Below, in pieces: positions 46,231 to 55,228 of a DNA stretch of 64,000 nt. The stretch covers positions 12,379 through 76,378 of the forward strand of contig CAYWJH010000004.1 in NCBI GenBank assembly GCA_964458555.1, in the 5' to 3' direction. How positions within the stretch are numbered: position 1 is the stretch's first letter; every line of letters starts with the position of its first letter. This DNA comes from an uncultured Spirochaetaceae bacterium (GTDB lineage Bacteria > Spirochaetota > Spirochaetia > DSM-27196 > SLST01). The notes under the pieces were generated by a model. The model saw only the letters and a list, made by a program, of their open reading frames with translations. It searched no databases and was not told the origin of the DNA. Both the position numbers and the translations under genes were made by a program.

Positions 46231-46255
46231 GCTCGGCGGGCCCTGCTCGCCGAGC
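46231..46255. terminator. Possible bidirectional hairpin between convergent genes
   Basis: GCTCGGCG (46231-46238) pairs with CGCCGAGC (46248-46255) around a 9-nt loop, between the stops at 46224 and 46258. No U-tract. Confidence 0.3.
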
Positions 46256-46257
46256 GG

Positions 46258-46863
46258 TCACTGCACGAGATAACTTTCGATCCCGCGCAGCAGCATCTCC
46301 ACGGCGAGCGTGGTGAGAATCATGCCCATCAGGCGCTCGAGCGCCTTGATCACCCGGCGCCCAAGGTACTTCCGGAGCACTTCCGCCGACAGCAGGATGA
46401 TCGCGCTTGCGAACCACGCGATGAGCAGCGCGACGAGCCAGCTCACGAGCCGATCCGGATACTGGGTCGCGAAGAGGATGACCATCGCCATCGCCGACGG
46501 ACCCGCGACGAGGGGTACGGCGAGCGGAACGAGGAGCGGCTCCTGACCCGGAATCGCATCGGCGCGCGCGCCGCTTTCGGTGCTGGACTCCGGTCTGGGG
46601 AAGATCATGCGCAGCGCGATGAGGAAGAGCACGACCCCGCCGCCGATGCTCAACGCGGGCTCGCCGATGTGGAGCCCGGTGAGGATGTACTTCCCGAAGA
46701 AGAGAAAGACGAGCAGGATCGCGAGCGCGATGACCATCTCGCGGACGATGATGCGCAACCTCCGGCGCGGCTCGATCTCCTCGAGCAGCGAGAGGAAGAC
46801 GGGGATGTTCCCCAGCGGATCCATGACGAGAAAGAGCGTGATCGCGGCGCTGGTGATGGTCAT
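46258..46863 (-). CDS. MarC-family (UPF0056) integral membrane protein
   Basis: Internal ATG 46863 gives MTITSAAITLFLVMDPLGNIPVFLSL (MarC signature). 201 aa. The track extension to 47262 is Arg-rich junk overlapping the next gene. Confidence 0.85.
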   Translation of the reverse strand: MTITSAAITLFLVMDPLGNIPVFLSLLEEIEPRRRLRIIVREMVIALAILLVFLFFGKYILTGLHIGEPALSIGGGVVLFLIALRMIFPRPESSTESGARADAIPGQEPLLVPLAVPLVAGPSAMAMVILFATQYPDRLVSWLVALLIAWFASAIILLSAEVLRKYLGRRVIKALERLMGMILTTLAVEMLLRGIESYLVQ

Positions 46864-47822
46864 GAATCCTCCCCGGGCTGCTCGTGTGGTTCGTGTCTGC
46901 GATCGTGCACGCGCTCCACGGTGCGTTCGATCGCGTGCGCGACGGCCCTGCCGTCGGCGCCGGGTGGCGTCTGCTCGATACGTCGCCCCATCTGGGTGAG
47001 CGCTATTCCGCCGAAGATGACCGCGATGCCGGCGACGACAAGCGGAGTCGGCCCGTAGCCGGGAAGCGCGACGAATTGCACCACGACGGGCACGAGCACG
47101 TAGACCGCCGTCTGGAACGGCACCATCGTACTCGCATCGGCCTTCCGGAGAAACGCGTACTGCGCGGTGAGAAACGCGGCGGTACCGAGCACGAAGCTCG
47201 CGACGAAGGGGATCCAGCCCCACGCCACACCCGGCAGAAAGCCCGGCCTGCCGCCTGCCCACTGACCGAGCGCCTTCAGGATCGGGTCAAGGCTCGCCAT
47301 GCCCCCGGACAGCGCGCCGAACGCCGCGGCGAACAGAAAGCGCCTGCCGGTACGGACGACGAAGAGCGCGAAGAGCCCGGCGACGACGATGTAGCCCCCG
47401 GTGAGCCAACCCACGAGCGCGCCGTCGAAGCGCCAGACGTCGACCCCGCCGTGCGACACCGCGTGGAGCGCGAAGAGCGCGGTCCCTGCGACGATCAGAC
47501 CGGCGCCGCCGTAGTTCACCGGAGCGACCGGTTCGCCGAGGACGTAGTGCGAATACAGCAGCAGCACGACGAGACCGAGTCCGAAGACGCCGGTCGCGTA
47601 CGCCGGGGGGGCGAAGCGGTTCGCGAGGATGAGCCAGATCGGCGTCATGTTGTTGAGGACCACGCCGCCAATGTAGATGAACGCCTTGCCGCCCGAGCGC
47701 TCAGACCGCGGGAGCTTCCACCAGCGAAGCGTCTCGATCCCCTGTCGCTGCATTCCCTTCGAAAGGTGAAGCGTCGATGTATTGACGAAGCCGAAGAGCA
47801 TCCCGAGCAGCGGAGACATCAT
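46860..47822 (-). CDS. Polytopic membrane protein, DMT/NIPA-like
   Basis: ATG 47822 (MMSPLLGMLFGFVNTSTLHLSKGMQRQGI..) overlaps the upstream stop. ~9 TM helices. NIPA-like N-terminal pattern recalled from memory only. Confidence 0.55.
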   Translation of the reverse strand: MMSPLLGMLFGFVNTSTLHLSKGMQRQGIETLRWWKLPRSERSGGKAFIYIGGVVLNNMTPIWLILANRFAPPAYATGVFGLGLVVLLLYSHYVLGEPVAPVNYGGAGLIVAGTALFALHAVSHGGVDVWRFDGALVGWLTGGYIVVAGLFALFVVRTGRRFLFAAAFGALSGGMASLDPILKALGQWAGGRPGFLPGVAWGWIPFVASFVLGTAAFLTAQYAFLRKADASTMVPFQTAVYVLVPVVVQFVALPGYGPTPLVVAGIAVIFGGIALTQMGRRIEQTPPGADGRAVAHAIERTVERVHDRRHEPHEQPGEDS

Positions 47823-49135
47823 CGCACCCCTGCATCGATCAGGCCGTAGCTCCGCTTGAGCGCGAGCACGCGCCGCACGCCTCGGTTCACGTCGTCTTCG
47901 GTGAGCTCGCCCGCCTCGATGAGCTCCTCGACCATGCGCACGACCGTGACGACGTCGTAATCGCGGTAGAGCAGGATGAGGTCCACGTCGAAGGTGAACA
48001 GCCGCACGAGCGTGTCGGGAAGCGAGTAGTGGTCCGCGATCGCGCCCATCTCCAGGCCGTCGCTGACGACGACGCCCTCGAACCCGAGCTCGCGCCGCAG
48101 CACGTCGTGCAGGAAGACCCGCGAGAGGGTGACGGGGTAGAAGGGGTCGATTCGTTCGAAGAGAAGGTGGCCCGTCATGATCGCCGGCACCTCCGCGTTG
48201 ATCGCCTCGCGGAACGGCAGCAGATCCGCGGCGAAGAGCTCGTCCCTCGTCACGTCGAGCACGGGAAGCTCGTGGTGCGTGTCGATGGTCGTCAGCCCGT
48301 GTCCGGGGAAGTGCTTCGCGGTGGCGATCACGCCTGCGGCACGGCTCGCTTCCAGGTACGGCCGCACGAATCCGGCGACCGTCCGCGCGTCCGGGCCGAA
48401 ACTGCGGTCGCCGATAATCGAGTCGTTCGCCACCCCGTAGACGTCGAGAACGGGTGCGAAGTTCATGTTGATGCCGAGGTCGGCGAGCTGACGCGCGGTC
48501 ACGTAGGCGGTCGAGCGTACGAGCGAAGGATCCCCGAACCGGCCGATCGACGCGGCCGACGGCAGCCGGACGAACTCGGGAAACCGGAACGTCACCACCC
48601 GACCGCCCTCCTGATCGGCGGCGAGCAACAGCGAGATTCCCGGCGTCACGTGCGAGGCGACGAACTGCAGCGAATCGGTGAGGGCCCGCACGTCGTCTGC
48701 GGTGCGAAAGTTCCACGGATAGATGATGAAGCCGGCCGGCGCGACGTCGACGATAGCCCGTCCCGTACCGTCGGTGACGCGATCACCCTGAACGCGGGCG
48801 ATGAATCGCTGCCCGATGCGCTGGCGCAGCGTCAACGAATCGAGCAGCGCTTCGATCTCGGGGTCGCTCTTCGGGCGTGGGGGGACGGTCGCAGCGATCG
48901 CGCCGATGCGTCCGGCGTAGCGCGGATCGTCGAGCAGGCGGGGATAGCGAGGGCTGCGCTCCGGCTTCTCGTCGATCCGCGGCAGCGGCGCTGTGACCGC
49001 CGGGTGCGTCTCCTCGCGAGGAGCGCCCTCGTCGACGGCGGTAGAATCGGACTCGGTGACGCAGCCGACGAAGACCACGATCGCGGCGAGCGAGAGGAGC
49101 GTGCGCACGTGGGAGAGGGAGCATAGTCTCGCCAT
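47819..49135 (-). CDS. Glycoside hydrolase family 3 (NagZ-like beta-N-acetylhexosaminidase) lipoprotein
   Basis: Lipobox VVFVGC. LTLRQRIGQRF, AADQEGGRV, NMNFAPVLDV, KHFPGHG. Confidence 0.85.
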   Translation of the reverse strand: MARLCSLSHVRTLLSLAAIVVFVGCVTESDSTAVDEGAPREETHPAVTAPLPRIDEKPERSPRYPRLLDDPRYAGRIGAIAATVPPRPKSDPEIEALLDSLTLRQRIGQRFIARVQGDRVTDGTGRAIVDVAPAGFIIYPWNFRTADDVRALTDSLQFVASHVTPGISLLLAADQEGGRVVTFRFPEFVRLPSAASIGRFGDPSLVRSTAYVTARQLADLGINMNFAPVLDVYGVANDSIIGDRSFGPDARTVAGFVRPYLEASRAAGVIATAKHFPGHGLTTIDTHHELPVLDVTRDELFAADLLPFREAINAEVPAIMTGHLLFERIDPFYPVTLSRVFLHDVLRRELGFEGVVVSDGLEMGAIADHYSLPDTLVRLFTFDVDLILLYRDYDVVTVVRMVEELIEAGELTEDDVNRGVRRVLALKRSYGLIDAGVR

Positions 49136-49228
49136 GGCAGTTCATCGTAGCCCCCGGCAGGGGCGTTGGCAAGGCTGAGGCGGCTGACAAACCGGCGCCA
49201 CCGCAGGGCGCGCCGTGCCGGCCGTCCG

Positions 49229-50506
49229 TTACGGCCGCACGCGCTTGCGGTCGCGCGGGAAGAGGCTCGCCTCCTTCACGTTTGCGAGCCCGAGGATCTG
49301 CTGCGTCAGCCGTTCGAGACCGATCGCAAAGCCGCCGTGCGGAGGGCAGCCGTACCTGAAGATCGTGCAGTAATCGCCGAGCCCCTCTTCGGTCAGGCCG
49401 AAGCGAGGAAGCGTTTCGAGCAGCATCGCGTAGTCGTGGATGCGTTGTCCGCCGGTGGTGATCTCGAGCCCGCGGAAGAGCAGGTCGAAGCTCTTCGTCT
49501 TCTGGCCGTCGGGGTAGGTGTAGAAGGGGCGCTTCTTCCGGGGAAACGCCGATACGAACACGGCGGGCACGCCGGCGGTCTCCCCGGCCCAGGCGCAGAG
49601 CTCGCGTTCGCCCTCCGGGTTGATCTCGAAGACCTTCTTGCCGCCGCGCTCGGAGATGATCTGCTTCGCCTCGTCGTGGTCGATCCGCGGAATCGCGGCT
49701 ATGTGCTCGGGCGTGGGCACGCTCGCGCCGAAGGCGTCGAGGTCGGCCGCGTTCCGTTCTGCGACGCGCGCGAAGATGTGCGAGAGCAGGCCCGCCTCGA
49801 GGTCCATGAGGTCCTCGTGCCCGCCGATGAACCCCATCTCCACGTCGAGCGAGACGTACTCGTTGAGGTGGCGCGGGGTGTCGTGCTTCTCCGCGCGGTA
49901 CGCCGCGCCGATCTCGAAGACGCGCTCCATGCCGCTCGCGACCATCGCCTGCTTGTAGAACTGCGGCGACTGCGCGAGGTAGACGCGGTCGCCGAAGTAG
50001 TCGACGGTAAACAGACCGGTCCCGCCCTCGGTGCCGGAGCCGATGAGCTTGCTCGACTTGATCTCGGTGAAGTCGTTGGACCGCAGGTAGTCGGCAAACG
50101 CGTCGACGATCGTCGCCTGCACGCGGAAGATCGAGCGGACCTTCGGCATGCGGAGGCTGAGGATGCGGTGATCGAGGAGCGCCTCGATGCCGAGCGAGTC
50201 GGGGTCGCCGTTGACCGAAATGGGCAGGTCGGCCGCGGCCGGCCCGAGCACCTCCGTCTGCGCGGCGTGCAGCTCGTAGCCGCCGGGGGCCTTCTCGTTC
50301 GCCTGGACGGTCCCGGTCACCGTGACGACGCTCTCTACGCTCACGGGCGCCTTCCCCTCGTAGACGACCTGGCCCAGACCGCTGCGGTCGCGGACGAGGA
50401 CAAAGGACACCGCGCCCAGCTCGCGGATCCGGTGGACCCAGCCGGCGAGCGTGACGTCCTCGCCGACGTGGTCGGCGAGCTCGCGGGAGAGAACTCGATT
50501 CATCAT
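49229..50506 (-). CDS. aspS: Aspartate--tRNA ligase, archaeal/type-2 (no GAD insertion; probably non-discriminating)
   Basis: ATG 50506 (MMNRVLSRELADHVGEDVTLAGWVHRIR..) overlaps the gatB TGA. 425 aa. Class-II motifs AYRAEKHDTPRHLNEY and PPHGGFAIGLERL. Confidence 0.9.
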   Translation of the reverse strand: MMNRVLSRELADHVGEDVTLAGWVHRIRELGAVSFVLVRDRSGLGQVVYEGKAPVSVESVVTVTGTVQANEKAPGGYELHAAQTEVLGPAAADLPISVNGDPDSLGIEALLDHRILSLRMPKVRSIFRVQATIVDAFADYLRSNDFTEIKSSKLIGSGTEGGTGLFTVDYFGDRVYLAQSPQFYKQAMVASGMERVFEIGAAYRAEKHDTPRHLNEYVSLDVEMGFIGGHEDLMDLEAGLLSHIFARVAERNAADLDAFGASVPTPEHIAAIPRIDHDEAKQIISERGGKKVFEINPEGERELCAWAGETAGVPAVFVSAFPRKKRPFYTYPDGQKTKSFDLLFRGLEITTGGQRIHDYAMLLETLPRFGLTEEGLGDYCTIFRYGCPPHGGFAIGLERLTQQILGLANVKEASLFPRDRKRVRP

Positions 50507-52914
50507 TGGGCGTGCTCCATCTTCGCGGCGATCGACTCGGCGTCCCACTCCTCGCTCGTGAGCAGGACCGCGAGCAGGCGAGTGTAGACGCTCTCGGTCG
50601 TCAGCGTTCCCATGGGGATCGCGCCGCCGCGCCAGAGGTCGTGGCTCGTGAGATACGTGGAGAAGTCGACGTTGCCCTCCTGCTGCGAGGTGCAGAAGAA
50701 ACCCACCCCGCGCTCGTGCCCGTACTCGAGCGCGTCGCGCAACGAGAAGGGGCTCTCGCGCAGGTTGGCCGTGCCGGTGTCGTAGAGCTCGAGGACGAAG
50801 TAACGCACGCCCGCGTCGATGAGCGCGATGAGCGTGCTCGCCTGCATGCCGGGAAAGGCCTTCGCGACGAAACTCTGCCTCACCGCGTCTTCGAGCCGCT
50901 GTGCGATTTCGTCCAGCCCGGCTTCGACGTTCCCGGGGAGCGCGAGCGCGTACCGGTCGCCGCCGCTCGAGTTCCACGTCCGGAAGGCAGGCGCGTCGCT
51001 CGTGCCCGGCACGCGCTCGAACTTGAGGTTCACCCCCGGAAGCCGCTCGCCGCCGAAGACGACCGAGACGCCCGGCGAGCCGCCGACCGCGATGCGCACC
51101 GCCTCCTTGAACGAGCCGACGCTCTCTTTGCTCTCGCCGGTGGTCGAGCTCGCGACGAGGACGATGGGGATCGAGCGGTCGCCGAAGAGCCAGTGGAGGA
51201 GCCCCGCGGTGTAGGCGAGCGTGTCCGTACCGGTCGCGATCACGACACCGGAAGCCTCGCCGGAGTCGACGTGCGCGGCGGTCGCGTGGATGAGCGCGGC
51301 CCAGTCCCGCGGGGTGATCTCCTCGCTCAGGAAGCCGCCCAGCTCGAGCTCGTCGTAGCGGAGCTCGTTGGGGAGCGTGGGGTCGTCGCGCACCGCGGCG
51401 ATGAGCGGCTCGAGGCTCCCCGGCACGACCACCCCGTCGTCGCGCGTGCGCCCGGAGATCGCGCCGCCGAAGCTGAAGACCGGAATGAAGGTGACGCTCA
51501 GGTGTTCGGAGAGGACCGATTGGACCAGCTTCGGGTCGGCGCGCCCGCTCGTCGCGCGCATGACCTGGCCCACGAGGTAGCCGTGCGGCTTGCTGTCGCC
51601 GGCGCGGATCTGCGCGACCGCGGATTCGTTCTCTTCGAGCACCCCGTCGACGATCCGCCCGATCTCATCCGGGTCGGTGATCTGCTCCCACCCGCGCGCG
51701 GCGATGATCGCCCCGGGATCCTCGTCGTCGGTGAAGACCGCCTCGAGCGTCTGCTTCGCGAGCTTGCCGTGAATGCGCCCCTCGTCGAGCAGGCGCAGGA
51801 GCTCGGCGAGGCGGCCCGGCGTGAGCGGACTGTCACGAAGCGTGGTGCCGGCACGGTTGAGGAGCTTTTGTACGTCGCCCATCAGCCATACGGCGAGATC
51901 TGCAGGCGAGGCGCCCGCCGCCACGGCGGCCTCGAAGAAGTCGGCGGTTTCGCGCTCGTCGCAGAGGAAGGCCGCCTGCGCCTCGCTCAAGCCGTAGTCG
52001 GAGGCGAACCGTCGCTGGCGATCGGGCGGCAGCTCGACGAGCGACTCCTCCACCGACGCGAGAAAGGCCTCGTCGGTGTGGAAGGGAGGCAGATCGGGCT
52101 CGGGAAAGTAGCGGTAGTCGTTCGACGACTCCTTCACGCGCATCGACTCGGAGACGTCGCGGTTCTCGTTCCAGAGCCGGGTCTCCTGCACGATCGTCCC
52201 GCCGCGCTCGAGGATGTCCTGCTGGCGGTCGGTCTCGTAGGTCAGCGCCTTGCGCACGAATCGGAACGAGTTCATGTTCTTGATTTCAACCTTCGTGCCC
52301 AGCCCGGCGCCCTCCTCGTTGACGCTGACGTTCGCGTCGCAGCGCAGCGACCCCTCTTCCATGTTCCCGTCGCAGACGCCCAGGTAGCGGACGAGCCTGC
52401 GGAACTCCTGCAGGAGGTGTTCGGCCTCCTCGCCCATCTCGAGGTCGGGTTCGGTGACGATCTCCAGGAGCGGCGTACCGGCGCGGTTGAAGTCGAGCAG
52501 CGACTCGTCGCCCGCGTGGATCATCTTGCCGGCGTCCTCTTCGAGGTGGCACTCGCGGATGCGAACGCGCTTCTTCTTCTTGCGGAACTCGAGGTCAAGG
52601 TGGCCGTCCGTGCCGAGCGGCGCGGCGAACTGCGAGATCTGGTAATTCTTGGGCAGATCCGGGTAGAAGTAGTTCTTCCGTTCGAAGGCGCAGACCGGCG
52701 CGAGCTCGCAGCCGAGCGCGCGCGCGACGACGTAGCCCAACCGGATCGCCTCCTCGTTGAGCGCGGGGAGCGCGCCGGGGTAGCCGGTACAGACCGGGCA
52801 GATGTTCGTGTTCGGTTCGTCGCCGAAGGCGGCCCGGCAGTCGCAGAAGACCTTCGTCTTCGTGGAGAGCTGGATGTGGATTTCGAGGCCCACGTAGCTG
52901 CGGTAGCTGCTCAT
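50503..52914 (-). CDS. gatB: Asp/Glu-tRNA amidotransferase subunit B fused to a C-terminal type-I-asparaginase/GatD-like domain
   Basis: 803 aa in one uninterrupted frame. Residues 1-472 are GatB (VGLEIHIQL, CPVCTGYPGALP, YQISQ, YFPEPDLPP, YqeY-like tail GYLVGQVMRATSGRADPKLV). Residues 473-803 align by eye with E. coli AnsA: FSFGGAISG, ATGTDTLAYTA, PIVLVASS, FPGM..., GTLTTESVYTRL. Confidence 0.88.
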   Translation of the reverse strand: MSSYRSYVGLEIHIQLSTKTKVFCDCRAAFGDEPNTNICPVCTGYPGALPALNEEAIRLGYVVARALGCELAPVCAFERKNYFYPDLPKNYQISQFAAPLGTDGHLDLEFRKKKKRVRIRECHLEEDAGKMIHAGDESLLDFNRAGTPLLEIVTEPDLEMGEEAEHLLQEFRRLVRYLGVCDGNMEEGSLRCDANVSVNEEGAGLGTKVEIKNMNSFRFVRKALTYETDRQQDILERGGTIVQETRLWNENRDVSESMRVKESSNDYRYFPEPDLPPFHTDEAFLASVEESLVELPPDRQRRFASDYGLSEAQAAFLCDERETADFFEAAVAAGASPADLAVWLMGDVQKLLNRAGTTLRDSPLTPGRLAELLRLLDEGRIHGKLAKQTLEAVFTDDEDPGAIIAARGWEQITDPDEIGRIVDGVLEENESAVAQIRAGDSKPHGYLVGQVMRATSGRADPKLVQSVLSEHLSVTFIPVFSFGGAISGRTRDDGVVVPGSLEPLIAAVRDDPTLPNELRYDELELGGFLSEEITPRDWAALIHATAAHVDSGEASGVVIATGTDTLAYTAGLLHWLFGDRSIPIVLVASSTTGESKESVGSFKEAVRIAVGGSPGVSVVFGGERLPGVNLKFERVPGTSDAPAFRTWNSSGGDRYALALPGNVEAGLDEIAQRLEDAVRQSFVAKAFPGMQASTLIALIDAGVRYFVLELYDTGTANLRESPFSLRDALEYGHERGVGFFCTSQQEGNVDFSTYLTSHDLWRGGAIPMGTLTTESVYTRLLAVLLTSEEWDAESIAAKMEHAQ

Positions 52915-54401
52915 CGCGCGCCCCCTTCGGAGGCGCCGCCGGGCGCGCTGCCGGACCCGCCGGCGGCTATCTCCTCGCAGAGCGGGACCGCGTACGCCGG
53001 CGGCCGCTCCGGCGGGATGGCCTTCGCGGCGAGCGACGCGAACGAGAGCAGACGCTCCTCGCTGAAGGCAGGCCCCATCGCCTGGATACCAACCGGGAGC
53101 CCGTCGTGCACGCCCGCCGGAATCGCGAGCGCCGGAAGCGCGGCGAGGTTCGCCATGGTCGTGAACCGATCGGCTACCTTCTGCTGAAACGCGTCGAGCT
53201 CGCCCTCGCCGTGACGGAACGCCGCAGTGGGGAAGGTGGGCAACACGAGCAGGTCGTAGCGCTCGTAGAGCGTCGCGAGCTCGCGCCGGATCGCCGTACG
53301 GATCCGCTGCGCGCGCTGGTAGTACTGCTCCTGGAAACCGCTGCGCAGCACGTAGGTACCGAGCAGGATGCGGAGCTTCACCTCGCTTCCGAAACCGGCA
53401 CCCCGCGATGCGCGGACGAGCTCCTCCGGGTTCTCCGCGAAGACCGGGCGGTCACCGTAGCGCACGCCGTTGAACCGCGCGAGGTTCGCGCTCGCCTCCG
53501 CGGTGGCGATCGTGTAGTACGCCGGAACGACGTAGTCCGCCGTCTCGAGCTCCACCTCCTCGATGTCGATGTCCTGCGCGGCGACGACCTCGCGCATCCG
53601 CGCGTAGCCGGCCGCGGTTCGCTCGTCGAGACCCAGGTCGCCGCCGAGGAATGCGACGCGACGCACCGTCGCCGGGGGCAGCAAATCATCTGCCGGACGC
53701 GAGACCGACGTCTGGTCCATGCGGTCTTCGCCGGTCGCCGCGACGAAGGCGTCGCGTATCAGCTCGATGTCGTACGACAGCAGGCCGGCGACCTCGAGGG
53801 AGGAGGCGTAGGCGACGAGGCCGTAGCGCGAGAGCGTCCCGTAGGTGGGCTTCAGCCCGTAGACACCGCAGAAGGCGGCCGGCTGGCGCACCGAGCCGCC
53901 GGTGTCGGTACCGAGCGCGAGCGGTACGAGCCCGGCCGCGACCGCCGCGGCCGACCCGCCGGAGGACCCACCGGCGACGCGCTCGGGGTCCCATGGGTTG
54001 TTCGTCGGCCCACCTGCCGAGGTGTCGGTCGAGGAGCCCATGCCGAACTCATCCAGGTTTGTCTTGCCCACGGGAACTGCGCCGGCGGCAAGGAGGCGCG
54101 CGACGACGGTCGCGTCGTAGGGGCAGACGTGGTTTGCCAGGATACGGCTTCCGCACGTGAGCCCGAAGCCGCGCACGGCGATGTTGTCCTTGATCGCGAA
54201 CGGGAGGCCGCCGAGCGAGCCCTTCTGATCGCCGGCCGCCGCCGACGCGTCGCCGGAGGTGGAGGCGACGTCGAGCCGGCGGGTCACATCGGCCTCGAGG
54301 AAGGAAGTGAGCGCCTCGTCGCGCGAGGCGAGCGCCTCGCCGTACGCCTTCGTTGCCAGAGAGAGGACGGATTGCCAACTCGATCGGGAGGGATCGCTCA
54401 T
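52911..54401 (-). CDS. gatA: Asp/Glu-tRNA amidotransferase subunit A (amidase signature)
   Basis: 496 aa. IKDNI, GGSSGGSAAAVAAG, GTDTGGSVRQPA. The stop overlaps the gatB ATG (ATGA). Confidence 0.92.
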   Translation of the reverse strand: MSDPSRSSWQSVLSLATKAYGEALASRDEALTSFLEADVTRRLDVASTSGDASAAAGDQKGSLGGLPFAIKDNIAVRGFGLTCGSRILANHVCPYDATVVARLLAAGAVPVGKTNLDEFGMGSSTDTSAGGPTNNPWDPERVAGGSSGGSAAAVAAGLVPLALGTDTGGSVRQPAAFCGVYGLKPTYGTLSRYGLVAYASSLEVAGLLSYDIELIRDAFVAATGEDRMDQTSVSRPADDLLPPATVRRVAFLGGDLGLDERTAAGYARMREVVAAQDIDIEEVELETADYVVPAYYTIATAEASANLARFNGVRYGDRPVFAENPEELVRASRGAGFGSEVKLRILLGTYVLRSGFQEQYYQRAQRIRTAIRRELATLYERYDLLVLPTFPTAAFRHGEGELDAFQQKVADRFTTMANLAALPALAIPAGVHDGLPVGIQAMGPAFSEERLLSFASLAAKAIPPERPPAYAVPLCEEIAAGGSGSAPGGASEGGAR

Positions 54402-54410
54402 GCGGAAGTC

Positions 54411-54704
54411 CTACAGTACGTTCGGGATCGCGATGAAGCGGTCTTCCAGTTCCGGCGCCTGCTCGAGAATCTCGTCGGCGACGTCGGCACCGGAAGCGGC
54501 CTCCTCGCGCGGAAGGTCGGCGCGAAGACGGTTACCCTCCTGCAGCGCGTGCGTCGTGGGCTCGAGGTCGGACACGTCGACCGCGTCCATCATCGAGAAG
54601 TACTCGAGCAGCTGCGCGACGCCACGCTCGAGATTAGCGCGTTCGTCATCCGAGAGGTCGAGGAGCGCGAGTTCCGCTGTGATGTCAAGCTCGCTGCGAT
54701 CCAT
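54411..54704 (-). CDS. gatC: Asp/Glu-tRNA amidotransferase subunit C
   Basis: 97 aa. ..AELALLDLSDDERANLERGVAQLLEYFSMMDAVDVSDLEPTTH.. is typical GatC. It lies 9 nt upstream of gatA. Confidence 0.85.
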   Translation of the reverse strand: MDRSELDITAELALLDLSDDERANLERGVAQLLEYFSMMDAVDVSDLEPTTHALQEGNRLRADLPREEAASGADVADEILEQAPELEDRFIAIPNVL

Positions 54705-54737
54705 GCTATCGCACTATGCCGGTCAGGTACCGCGATG

Positions 54738-55103
54738 TCAAGCAAGCGCCCGGGCGAGCGCTGCGCGAAGATCGTCCGAAGAGAACGGCTTGGCGAGTAC
54801 GGCGAGCGCGCCGTACTGTTCGACAAGACGCGTGATCGAGGCGTCGCCGAAGGTCACCCTGCCGGACATGACGATGATGGGCAGGCCGGGTCTGATCGAG
54901 CGGATCTCCATGATCGTCTCGATCCCGCCCTTGCCGGGCATCACGAGATCGAGCAGGAGCGCGTCGAAGCTCGTCTCCTGCAGTTTCTCGATCGCTTCCG
55001 CGCCGGTGAGCGCGATCTCCGGGGTGTGGTTGTCGTTTTCGAGGATGCGAGCGACGAGGCTGCAGATCTGCTCGTCGTCGTCAACTACCAGAATATGCGC
55101 CAT
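54738..55103 (-). CDS. Single-domain response regulator (CheY-like receiver)
   Basis: 121 aa. ILVVDDDE, phospho-acceptor context LLLDLVMPG, conserved AKPF. Confidence 0.85.
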   Translation of the reverse strand: MAHILVVDDDEQICSLVARILENDNHTPEIALTGAEAIEKLQETSFDALLLDLVMPGKGGIETIMEIRSIRPGLPIIVMSGRVTFGDASITRLVEQYGALAVLAKPFSSDDLRAALARALA

Positions 55104-55228
55104 GGATCGCTCGCTCCGGCGGTATCATGCGAATTTGACAACGAGTAGGGGACAAAGTATTCTCACGCAAAGTATCCCTCAGTATCCGAGACTTTATAGC
55201 GGATCGGCACGAACGTAAAGAGCGCACT

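Noticed and set aside
46864-48716. 5' extensions of track ORFs 46258-47262 and 46860-48716
   Set aside because: Same reasoning. MarC-like sequence starts at ATG 46863 and the DMT/NIPA-like protein at ATG 47822. The upstream parts overlap neighbouring genes out of frame and are Arg-rich.
50506-53187. 893-aa plus-strand ORF
   Set aside because: Antisense to gatB/gatA, whose translations carry unmistakable family motifs. The plus-strand product is Arg/Glu/Asp/Val low-complexity.
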